Part shown: positions 1 through 8,171 of the stretch, in pieces | Layout of the letters: the number at the start of each line of letters is the position of its first letter | How positions within the stretch are numbered: the stretch's first letter is position 1 | NCBI GenBank assembly: GCA_964624175.1 | Contig: CAZUWE010000005.1 | Coordinates: 5,731 to 69,730 of the forward strand | Direction of reading: 5' to 3' | Source of the DNA: an uncultured Candidatus Peribacteria bacterium | GTDB lineage: Bacteria > Patescibacteriota > Gracilibacteria > UBA1369 > 2-02-FULL-48-14 | DNA length: 64,000 nucleotides | The notes under the pieces: generated by a model | Seen by the model: the letters and a program-made list of their open reading frames with translations, nothing else | Databases searched by the model: none | Told to the model about the DNA's origin: nothing | Program-made: the position numbers and the translations under genes

Positions 1-315
<315 letters not shown>

Positions 316-320
316 TTCAC

Positions 321-1124
321 ATGAAAAAACCTCTCATCGCTCTCGGACTCACGCTCTTAACTGCCTGCAACTCTGCGCCTATTGATGGACTTGGCGAGGT
401 GGAGGGACGCGTTACCTTTATGGATGCTGACTCTGTGACTTTCTGTGCTGGACTCGAGATGGAAGTCATGGATGCAGACTGCCCCAATGACTATGCATTT
501 GGTGAAGATACTATTGTGAAGTTCTACCAAAACGGTGAACTCGTTATGCTCCCTCCAGAAGCGGCAGCGGAGCAAATCATGTCTTCTTCAAACAGCGATG
601 ACTACCTTTTCACTTTTGTACTCACCGACGATACAGTGCTTGAGATGACTCAAGTTGAGCCCGTTTCAAACGCTAAGGTTATGGCACCTCAACCTTTCTA
701 CATCACCGAGGTGACCGTTGTGGACAGCGAACAAATGATCACCGCAGATCCTGTAATTTGGCTTTCATCACCAGATGGATGCACTACACCTGGAACGACA
801 GGTGAGCATGATCTGCCTGAATGCAATCCAAATGGATTCCTGATCGTGAATGAAAGCAGCGAGGATGAGATGTTCTATGTGATTCCAAAAGACACTCCTG
901 TGTATGCGGAGAACTTACTTCCACTCCTCGGCATGACAAATGCTGAAGTAGGGGATGGGGCTGAGGCTGAGGCCATCAGCTTTGAGGATCTCTTGGCAGC
1001 CTTTGAGAATAATCCTGAATTCTTCGCAGGAACTCCTTTCGAACTTGAATACGGAACGGGCATGGTAGACGGTCAAGAACGTTCAGACATGATCTTAGCT
1101 ATTAAAGAAATTTACATTCCATGA
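321..1124 (+). CDS. Hypothetical acidic lipoprotein inserted between atpD and atpC
   Basis: N-terminus MKKPLIALGLTLLTAC carries a lipobox (LTAC). It starts 5 nt after the atpD stop, and its TGA overlaps the atpC ATG (ATGA at 1121..1124). I recognise no domain. Confidence 0.75.
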   Translation: MKKPLIALGLTLLTACNSAPIDGLGEVEGRVTFMDADSVTFCAGLEMEVMDADCPNDYAFGEDTIVKFYQNGELVMLPPEAAAEQIMSSSNSDDYLFTFVLTDDTVLEMTQVEPVSNAKVMAPQPFYITEVTVVDSEQMITADPVIWLSSPDGCTTPGTTGEHDLPECNPNGFLIVNESSEDEMFYVIPKDTPVYAENLLPLLGMTNAEVGDGAEAEAISFEDLLAAFENNPEFFAGTPFELEYGTGMVDGQERSDMILAIKEIYIP

Positions 1125-1531
1125 GCGAATTTCACCTAACAATTCGAACGCCTGATAAAGATGTTTTTGACGGCAAAGTGAGCAGCCTTAGCTTCAACAC
1201 GGAAGCGGGTCGCGTGCAAATCTTGGCACATCACGCCAACTTCACCACCACGCTGCTGTTTTCTCCCATTAAAGTGGAGGACCCTGTGGACAATCGCGAT
1301 CAAAATTTCTTAGCGCGTAACGGGATCTTTAGCTTTGATCACAAGAAGAACGAGGCGCTTTTGCTTTGTATGTACTGTGAAGAACAGAGCGAAGTGAGCT
1401 ACCAGACAACGGAACAGTACCTCCAATTCTTGGCAGCAGAACTTGCTAAAGGCGACCTCAGCGACTTCCAAGTGCTCTTCTTAAAGGGAGAGAAACTAGC
1501 AGTAGAGAAACAGATGAAATTGGCGAAATAA
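1121..1531 (+). CDS. atpC: F0F1 ATP synthase epsilon subunit
   Basis: 136 aa, with an N-terminal beta-sandwich-like sequence LTIRTPDKDVFDGKVSSLSFNTEAGRVQILAHHANF typical of F1 epsilon. It is positioned after atpD. Confidence 0.8.
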   Translation: MSEFHLTIRTPDKDVFDGKVSSLSFNTEAGRVQILAHHANFTTTLLFSPIKVEDPVDNRDQNFLARNGIFSFDHKKNEALLLCMYCEEQSEVSYQTTEQYLQFLAAELAKGDLSDFQVLFLKGEKLAVEKQMKLAK

Positions 1532-1533
1532 TT

Positions 1534-3822
1534 CTAGCTGAAATATCCGTCGTAGTCATTCACGCGAGGGTCTAGCATGAGGATTTTTTTGTCTTCCCAA
1601 GCATTGCCCAAAAAGTGGCTGAGCAGGGTGGTGTAGCGCAGACTGGCCTGTGGCAGTGAAAACTCTTTGTAAGGATCCTTGCAGCGCGCGGTGCGGGCTT
1701 TTTGAATAGGGTCGTCGGGACTGCTGAAGGGAATGCGGTGGATGGCAAGCAACTTGAGTTCGATGCCTTCTTCCATTAAAAAATTCATAAAACTTTCATT
1801 CCCCACGAAGAGGTTTTTACCATTGGTTTTGTTCGAAAGCTTGGCAATTTTTCCCATGCCGCCGCTCATGTTTTGTACGAGCAGTTTGAGATCCAGTTCC
1901 TTGCACACTTTGGCGAGTTTGTAGAAAAATTGCTCCGCGGTGGCCATAGAGTTGGCCACGAGCATGGCATTGCCACCGGCCTTGGGGAGCCAGCTTTTTA
2001 GCTCGTGTACCACGTCTTCAATATTCTGGCTATCGTTGGGACCACTGAGAGGTTTTTCAGGGTAGTAAAGGGGAAGGGGAAGCGCGTCTTTAGCGGCGAG
2101 GGTTTGAAGATCTGCAGGCAGCCCGAGCTCAATTTTGAGGAAGTTGAAATCGTCTTTAAGGTCGCCGTGACGCGTGAAAAGATGAAGATTTTTAATGTCT
2201 TTCCACACACGTTCCACAAAAATTTCGTGAGCATTTTTTGGGAATGCATGCACGATAGGTTGGCCTTCTTTGCTGAGCGTGAGCCACATGAGTGGCGCGT
2301 TCATTTGCAGGATTTTGGTGAGATACAAAAGGTAGCGGCTGAAGGTCTCGAGTGTAGATGTTTTTTTACATTCGTCATTTAGTGAAGCGACCACACTTTC
2401 AATCGACTCGGCAGAGCCTTTCACTTTGTTCCACTCAGCTGTGTTCCAGTGGTGTGCTTCTAAAATGAGTGCGTGGTGAGGGTCGCCAGGATTGCCGTGG
2501 TTCTGCAAAAACATGCCCACAAAACCAAACAAAATGGAGAGTTTGGAAGCGAGCGAATCGATGATGGTTTCTGAATCTGGATTTTCATTTTTGAGACGCA
2601 CGATATCTTGGAGAAAACGGCTTTCGCCGAGTTTGATGTGCCAGGCTTCTTCGAGCGCTTCCACGAGCTGCTCAGTTTCTCCCACAATCACATTTTTAGG
2701 TAGCTTGAGCAGGGGATCTTTGCGGCTACGATCCTTTAAAAAGTAGTGGTGACTTACCGCCATAACCTTTTTTTCTTGGCTTGCGTTTTGAGCTTTCTTA
2801 AAAAACGACTCGGGCTCTCCACCTTCTTGGCAGCAGAGGTCGAACCAAACTTCTTTTTCTTCTTTTATGAAGCGAAGTTCAGATTTCTCACCGGTCTGTG
2901 TTTCTAGAAGCCAGAGCTGCATTTTTACAGCAATCATGGTTTCTGTTCCGTTGAGTTTAGCCTTAGCGAGAAAGGCTGCGAAACGATTTTCATCGAGGTA
3001 GGAATTGGGGTGTTTTAAAATGCCAAGGTCCTTGTGCGTGGGCAAGTGCTCGGGGCGGTTCACCACGAGCAAGGATTTTTCTTTTTGTGCGACTGAGTAG
3101 TTGAGCAAGTCTTTGTATGTGTGGCTGCGTTCCTCTAGCAAGAAAGGTGTCTTTAAATCCTTTGAAAGTGCTTCCAGATCTGCGTGCTCTTCGGAGTGTC
3201 CCGCTACGGCGACTTCTTCAGTTTGTTCAATGTTGTTTTTACTAGATTCATCGAGCAAAGGTAGGATGTGCTCGGCCCAACCCCACTCGCTTTTTTCAAG
3301 CAAAGGGCGGATGGATTCTTTCTGCTTTTTTGAGAGACTGCGCACGTGATCCGCGAGACGCAGGAAAAGATCGATGTTGGCGGTTACGTCGTTGAGGGCG
3401 CGGTGTGCGTTGGTCTGACTGATACCGAGTTTTTGGCAAAGCACCTCAAGGCTGTAGCTGGGCTCTTTGGCGATGAAAGCCTGCGCGAGTTGGCAGGTGT
3501 CGAGGAGTTGATTTGAGAGTCCGAAGCCTTTCTCGTTGAGGAAGCCTACATCGAAAGGGATGAAGTGTCCCATGATGGGTAGATCTCCCAGTTTTTCTAA
3601 AATGATTGCTTTCACTTCCTTGAGACTGGGAGCATCTTTAACCATGTCGTTGGTGATGCCCGTGAGGTGAGTTGTGAAGGCAGGGATGGAGATTGCTGGT
3701 TTCACGAGACTGGACCATTCGTCTTTGATGCCGGTGTAGTCAAAACGAACAATGGCCACTTCAATGATGTGGTCATCTTGGGCACTGAGCCCGGTGGTTT
3801 CGATATCCAGACATATAAACAT
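1534..3822 (-). CDS. dinG: DnaQ-like 3'-5' exonuclease domain fused to a DinG-like helicase scaffold with degenerate helicase motifs
   Basis: N-terminal Exo motifs are present: FICLDIETTGL (ExoI), GHFIPFDVGFL (ExoII), HRALNDVTANIDLF (ExoIII). The C-terminus LLAIHRIPFSSPDDPIQKARTA...SLPQASLRYTTLLSHFLGN resembles the DinG C-terminal RecA-like domain. I see no GxGKS/T Walker A, and the DEAH position reads VIVGETEQL. Confidence 0.6.
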   Translation of the reverse strand: MFICLDIETTGLSAQDDHIIEVAIVRFDYTGIKDEWSSLVKPAISIPAFTTHLTGITNDMVKDAPSLKEVKAIILEKLGDLPIMGHFIPFDVGFLNEKGFGLSNQLLDTCQLAQAFIAKEPSYSLEVLCQKLGISQTNAHRALNDVTANIDLFLRLADHVRSLSKKQKESIRPLLEKSEWGWAEHILPLLDESSKNNIEQTEEVAVAGHSEEHADLEALSKDLKTPFLLEERSHTYKDLLNYSVAQKEKSLLVVNRPEHLPTHKDLGILKHPNSYLDENRFAAFLAKAKLNGTETMIAVKMQLWLLETQTGEKSELRFIKEEKEVWFDLCCQEGGEPESFFKKAQNASQEKKVMAVSHHYFLKDRSRKDPLLKLPKNVIVGETEQLVEALEEAWHIKLGESRFLQDIVRLKNENPDSETIIDSLASKLSILFGFVGMFLQNHGNPGDPHHALILEAHHWNTAEWNKVKGSAESIESVVASLNDECKKTSTLETFSRYLLYLTKILQMNAPLMWLTLSKEGQPIVHAFPKNAHEIFVERVWKDIKNLHLFTRHGDLKDDFNFLKIELGLPADLQTLAAKDALPLPLYYPEKPLSGPNDSQNIEDVVHELKSWLPKAGGNAMLVANSMATAEQFFYKLAKVCKELDLKLLVQNMSGGMGKIAKLSNKTNGKNLFVGNESFMNFLMEEGIELKLLAIHRIPFSSPDDPIQKARTARCKDPYKEFSLPQASLRYTTLLSHFLGNAWEDKKILMLDPRVNDYDGYFS

Positions 3823-3868
3823 GTCGGGATTCTAGCATCTTCTTTGAACGTATACACTTTTATGATAC

Positions 3869-3896
3869 TTGCTATTTTTCAAAAATATATTATATT
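3869..3896 (+). promoter_or_regulatory. Candidate sigma70-type promoter for the 3905 ORF
   Basis: TTGCTA (3869..3874), 16-nt spacer, TATATT (3891..3896). The ATG at 3905 lies only 8 nt after the -10 box, implying a leaderless-like mRNA. Confidence 0.3.
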
Positions 3897-3904
3897 ATCA
3901 AAAT

Positions 3905-4765
3905 ATGAGTACTCTTATTCGAGAGCTTAGCTTGAGAGATATGCCTTTCAGCGGACCGCTTCTGCCTGTGAATACCAGAATAAACAGGCAATTTCCACAG
4001 GGGTTTGGCCTTAGTGTCACTTTGCCTTCCAAGGCAACTCTTGAGCAGGGCCTTGATGAAGATCGTTTTAGTCACGAGCTGCTTAGTGTATTGAAGAAAA
4101 TGGGTGTTGTGATACTTCAATTTTTGGATCAAGATCCATTCACTTTCTTCAGGGGCCAATCGGTATTTACCAGCCCCGACGTGTCGCTGCCTTATCATTA
4201 CGACGTGAAATCTTTAGAAGGAGGGGGAGATAGGGACTACTTAGACCCAACAGTATGGGCCAGTGGTTATCAGTGGCTGTATCAAGAACCTACAGCGCTT
4301 GGACGACCGATTGACACTTTGTTTTCTCCCAGCTCTGAAGTTGCGGAGACTATGCGAGGACTTATGCATCCTGATGATGCACGACTTGACCCTGAAGCAA
4401 AAGCTTACCTTACAAAAGCCATCAAAAAAACCAAGCAGAGGATTATAAGAACAGCAGACTTGGATGGCTCCTTAATTATGAAGTGGAACGCCCACTTCAT
4501 TTGTTTAAAGCGTGAATCTAGAGAGGAATGGGATCTGATTGAAGCCATTAATCAGGCTGTATTTTTTCATAATCCAAACCAGATTCGAGTTAGCTGGTCC
4601 GACCCACAATCGATGGCAAGCAGTGGGCAGGTTGTTCTTTGGGATGCGGGCAACTCCGACGAATCGTTCAGGCCTTTGGCACATGCACGAGATAACCGTG
4701 GTGTTAATTTGACCGAGGAAAACTCGACTGTTTTTTGTCCAACTTTTGCTACAGCTGATTCATAA
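3905..4765 (+). CDS. Hypothetical protein, possibly a TauD/TfdA-like Fe(II)/2-oxoglutarate-dependent oxygenase
   Basis: 286 aa counted from the ATG at 3905; the track start at 3869 lies in AT-rich promoter-like sequence. It has an HxD motif (LPYHYDV, about residue 98-100), a distal VVLWDAGN...PLAHARDNR (His about residue 260, followed by Arg), and no signal peptide. Confidence 0.35.
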   Translation: MSTLIRELSLRDMPFSGPLLPVNTRINRQFPQGFGLSVTLPSKATLEQGLDEDRFSHELLSVLKKMGVVILQFLDQDPFTFFRGQSVFTSPDVSLPYHYDVKSLEGGGDRDYLDPTVWASGYQWLYQEPTALGRPIDTLFSPSSEVAETMRGLMHPDDARLDPEAKAYLTKAIKKTKQRIIRTADLDGSLIMKWNAHFICLKRESREEWDLIEAINQAVFFHNPNQIRVSWSDPQSMASSGQVVLWDAGNSDESFRPLAHARDNRGVNLTEENSTVFCPTFATADS

Positions 4766-5930
4766 GCTCAACTACAATCTTGCAAACCTCCCCTCGAGTG
4801 ATGCTTTGGTTGCCACGGAAGGTACCGTCTTCGTATCCGCTGATAAGTCCGGAAGACTTGGCATAAGCGGTGTATTTGGCGAACCAATCCGCAACGGTGT
4901 CCACGTCACTAAAATTTGGAATCACAGAAGGGAACGCCACGAGTCCGCCAGCGGTGAGCACAATTTTAAGAGCTTCGGCGCGGGTTACTTCGTTATTGGG
5001 ACGGAAGGTCTTATCGCTGTAGCCCGTGACGATTTCTTGTTCCGCGGCCGCCAGCACGTAGTCAAAGTACCATTCACTTTGGGCGAGGTCTGAGAAAGGA
5101 TTCTCGCCGTTGTTGTCGTCGCCGTGATCAAAAGCAAGGAGCGCAATTTTAACAATTTGAGCTCGTGTAAGCTTATCGTCCGGCCCAAAACGGCCGTCAC
5201 CATAACCACTCACTACGTTGTCGTAGTACAGCTCATTGATATAGTCCTTAGCCCAGTGAGTTTCAATGTCGGTGAGAGGAATTTTTGCGTCGCTGCTGCT
5301 GAGCACATACACTTTAACGCCTGCACTTAAGTTCCCAGCCTTGTCCTGTAGAGAGATGCTGAAGCTTTCTTGTAGACCTCCCGTTAGGCTTACTTCTACG
5401 GCAAAATCTCCGCCGCTATCCACGTTTTCACCGCTGTCTTCACCGTTCACCAGAACCGAGGCGCCCGCTTCGCCGGTGCCTTCAATGGTGTAGCTGAACT
5501 CGGACGTTTCTACTTCGGTGTCTTCAATGTCAGGGGCCGCGGGCGCGGTGCGGTCTTCACCGGTGCTGGCTTCGTACTCCTGCGCTGCTTTTCCCCCCTC
5601 GATAATTTCTACTGTCACTACGTCACTGGGTTGCGAGCCTGGCACTGTCACCATTACGGAAAAGTTGTTTTCGCTCTCTTGAACCAAACCCACCATCACA
5701 GAAAAATGTCCTTCTTCGTCAGCGGTCACAGAGCCGATGTCATAAGGGCCACCGGTCACTTGCACCAAGGCGCCCGGCTCGGTAGTTCCTGTGATAAAAG
5801 TTTTGTCTGCGTCCACCGGGGAGAGTGGGTCGTCCACTTGAGGAATGGGGCTATCCTCCGCCAGAGCTAAAACCACCGGAAGTGAACTACTCACGGCAAG
5901 CAGAAGAAAGGCAAATAAGAACTGTTTCAT
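4749..5930 (-). CDS. Secreted surface protein with two Ig-like domains and three C-terminal SLH domains
   Basis: Signal peptide MKQFLFAFLLLAVSSSLPVVLALA. Three SLH-like units are present: THWAKDYINELYYDNVVSGYGDGRFGPDDKLTRAQIVKIAL; FSDLAQSEWYFDYVLAAAEQEIVTGYSDKTFRPNNEVTRAEALKIVL; FSDVDTVADWFAKYTAYAKSSGLISGYEDGTFRGNQSITRGEVCKIV. Confidence 0.8.
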   Translation of the reverse strand: MKQFLFAFLLLAVSSSLPVVLALAEDSPIPQVDDPLSPVDADKTFITGTTEPGALVQVTGGPYDIGSVTADEEGHFSVMVGLVQESENNFSVMVTVPGSQPSDVVTVEIIEGGKAAQEYEASTGEDRTAPAAPDIEDTEVETSEFSYTIEGTGEAGASVLVNGEDSGENVDSGGDFAVEVSLTGGLQESFSISLQDKAGNLSAGVKVYVLSSSDAKIPLTDIETHWAKDYINELYYDNVVSGYGDGRFGPDDKLTRAQIVKIALLAFDHGDDNNGENPFSDLAQSEWYFDYVLAAAEQEIVTGYSDKTFRPNNEVTRAEALKIVLTAGGLVAFPSVIPNFSDVDTVADWFAKYTAYAKSSGLISGYEDGTFRGNQSITRGEVCKIVVELMNQL

Positions 5931-5957
5931 ATGGCGTGAATGGGAGGCTTGCCCATT

Positions 5958-7043
5958 CTATAGCATCGCTACGAATTCGTCGAACAGATATGAAGTGTCC
6001 GTGGGTCCTGGAGTTGCCTCTGGATGAAATTGAACAGAGAAGAAAGGCAATTTCTTGTGGCGAATACCTTCTACACAGTCATCATTAGCATTCAGGAAAG
6101 ACACTTCCCAGTCTTTGGGGAGCTTCTTGGGATCTACAGCAAATCCGTGGTTCTGAGAGGTGATGTAGCAGCGATCGGTTGCTGTATCGATGCAAGGCTG
6201 GTTTTGTCCACGGTGTCCATACTTCAGTTTGTAGGTCTTCGCACCGGCTGCAATTCCCATGATTTGAGTTCCCAGACAAATTCCGAAGGTTGGGATTTCG
6301 CGCTCGAAACACTCTTTCATGATGTCAACGGTTTCCGTCATGTTGGCAGGGTCACCAGGGCCATTCGAGAAAAACACCCCATCAAATTTTATTTTGTGCG
6401 CTTCTTCGTAGCGGAAGGGGTTGCTGTTCCAAGGAAAGCGAGTCACCTTGAGCCCGCGGTTTAAGAAGCTGCGCAAAGTGTTATTCTTCACTCCGCAGTC
6501 GATCACAGCAATGTGTTTGCGGCCTTTTCCATATTCACGAATTTCGGTTGGGCTAACTTTGGCTACCAAGTTTTCTTTATTGGGATCGTAGAATTCTTTG
6601 CTGGGTTTCTCATCAGCTGGGTGGATTTTTCCAGGTTGAGATCCGTTCTCGCGGATGTATTGAGTGAGCGCGCGGGTGTCTATACCCGTGATTCCTGGGA
6701 CGTCGTACTCACGCATCCAGTCTGAGAGGCTCTTGGCTGCTTTCCAGTGAGAATAGACCTCGCTGTAGTCACTCACAATGAGTCCCTTGATGTGCATGCG
6801 GTTGCTTTCAAAAAACTTGCTGATCTTTTCGTCATCCAGTTCTTCGGCAGGCACGCCGTAATTTCCCACGAGAGGAAAGGTGATCACCAAGATTTGATCC
6901 TTAAAAGAAGGATCTGTGAGGCTCTCGGGGTAACCCACCATTCCAGTCGTGAACACCACTTCACCTTCACTTTCTTTGAAAGCTCCGAAGGCTTTACCAG
7001 TAATTTGAGTTCCGTCTTTAAGAGTGAGGGTGAGTTTTTGCAT
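5958..7043 (-). CDS. carA: Carbamoyl-phosphate synthase small (glutamine amidotransferase) subunit
   Basis: VVFTTGMVGYPESLTDPSFKDQILVITFPLVGNYGVP is the CarA N-terminal domain. The class I GATase motifs GICLGTQ and SVQFHPEA are present. Confidence 0.92.
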   Translation of the reverse strand: MQKLTLTLKDGTQITGKAFGAFKESEGEVVFTTGMVGYPESLTDPSFKDQILVITFPLVGNYGVPAEELDDEKISKFFESNRMHIKGLIVSDYSEVYSHWKAAKSLSDWMREYDVPGITGIDTRALTQYIRENGSQPGKIHPADEKPSKEFYDPNKENLVAKVSPTEIREYGKGRKHIAVIDCGVKNNTLRSFLNRGLKVTRFPWNSNPFRYEEAHKIKFDGVFFSNGPGDPANMTETVDIMKECFEREIPTFGICLGTQIMGIAAGAKTYKLKYGHRGQNQPCIDTATDRCYITSQNHGFAVDPKKLPKDWEVSFLNANDDCVEGIRHKKLPFFSVQFHPEATPGPTDTSYLFDEFVAML

Positions 7044-7132
7044 GGAGAATTTTCTGCAGTCTAGCGAAACTCATCGCCAAGCTCAAGTATGTCTTGTTTA
7101 ATTAAAAAGTATAAACTTAAGCGCTTACTTTT

Positions 7133-7909
7133 TTATCTACTGTAGCTTCTATTTTTAGCCCAAGGTGCTGCCCTCAAATATGGCTCGGGATTAGTGCTGC
7201 AATAACGAGATAAGCTAGAGCTTTCAGGTTTTTTAGAATCACCTGTGATTAGCTCTAAATAAATATGATCAGCATCTTTATATTCCTCTGGAACTACAAG
7301 TGTGGATCCATATGTCTCACCTGGATTCCTGCTGTAGGGCCTTTGTGTAACTGCTTCATAAGCAGCGATTAAACCACAGTTGGTATCGTATTTATCTACA
7401 TATTCACCTTTTCTCTTGACCGGTGATGCTAGACTCCACCCCTCAGCCTCCACGAGGCTAGCTATTTGCAAAGGAGTTGCTGCTCCTTTCCGGGTATGGA
7501 GTTCGTCGGGTGCTAGCAAGCGGACACTCTCCCATGTGGGGAGTACCCTAATCCATCCGCCTCCTTTTTTTTCTTTATTAACATGATCTAGGCTTTGAAA
7601 GGTATGAAGGTCACCCTTTAGATTAAAGGTAGATCTTATTGCGACCCCGCCTGCCGCGTCAGCTCCAACTAGTTCAACATTCGTTCCATTGCCAGGTATC
7701 CTTGCCGCAAGCCTTAGCAAGGCCCAATTATTAACTTTGAGTTGCTTAAGTATTTCTTCCCAGCTTATTGGATGAGGGTTTGCTCTTAGAGCCTCCTCAA
7801 ATTGGTCTCTAGTTGTGTTTGTGCAGTGGAGGAGGTCTACGACTCCTCTTTCCTTATAGTCAGTCTCTAGCTTTCTTAAGCAACTGTTGTATTGGTCTGG
7901 AGTATTCAT
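7133..7909 (-). CDS. Hypothetical cytoplasmic protein (orphan)
   Basis: 258-aa ORF with no signal peptide or TM segment and no family I can name. The C-terminal part has TNCGLIAAYEAV followed about 45 residues later by DADHIYLEL, a weak papain/NlpC-P60-like Cys-His pattern. Confidence 0.6.
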   Translation of the reverse strand: MNTPDQYNSCLRKLETDYKERGVVDLLHCTNTTRDQFEEALRANPHPISWEEILKQLKVNNWALLRLAARIPGNGTNVELVGADAAGGVAIRSTFNLKGDLHTFQSLDHVNKEKKGGGWIRVLPTWESVRLLAPDELHTRKGAATPLQIASLVEAEGWSLASPVKRKGEYVDKYDTNCGLIAAYEAVTQRPYSRNPGETYGSTLVVPEEYKDADHIYLELITGDSKKPESSSLSRYCSTNPEPYLRAAPWAKNRSYSR

Positions 7910-8128
7910 ATATAAGTTGTTTATTGGGTAAATGCCCAGCAGCTTCCTTGTTAGGAAACCTCCGGGTTGGAGAGAAGGAGTCGAGCTCCTTTTACCCCAT
8001 TTTTTTCACAGGTGGGGCACTTGTCCTGCTCGAATTGTAGAGGTCATTATTGCACGGAATACGTACATGTCAAGTACTCTTAAGCCACTCTTTCATAAAG
8101 GGAACGAATGAGGAGTGGATGAGAGTTC

Positions 8129-8157
8129 TTGAATAGAGTAGTTTATTTCTGTACTAT
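8129..8157 (+). promoter_or_regulatory. Candidate promoter for pyrB-pyrC
   Basis: TTGAAT (8129..8134), 17-nt spacer, TACTAT (8152..8157), 14 nt upstream of the pyrB ATG. Confidence 0.4.
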
Positions 8158-8171
8158 CACAAAAACAGTCT

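Noticed and set aside
3869-3904. Longer N-terminal extensions offered by the ORF track: 3869 for the 3905 gene, 21721 for DUF167, 45878 for rpsJ, 50016 and 14831 for the lipoproteins, 12691 and 15809 (both TTG starts), and 29302.
   Set aside because: The extensions run through AT-rich promoter or leader sequence, or overlap the upstream gene. They would bury otherwise canonical N-termini (lipoprotein signal peptides, and the conserved S10 and DUF167 starts). I preferred the internal ATG in each case.
7965-7990. A GGTTGGAGAGAAGGAG stretch and nearby hairpin upstream of pyrB, superficially like a PyrR-binding loop (the UCCAGAGAGG type).
   Set aside because: The match to the PyrR consensus is poor (GG instead of CC). 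The stretch lies upstream of the best pyrB promoter candidate (8129..8157), so it would not be transcribed. No pyrR gene is in the window.
7813-8040. A 75-aa + strand ORF spanning the start of the 7133..7909 gene and the carA-side spacer upstream of pyrB.
   Set aside because: It overlaps the 5' end of the opposite-strand gene and has Leu/Cys/Gly-rich low-complexity content. It has no promoter or RBS context, so it is probably non-coding.
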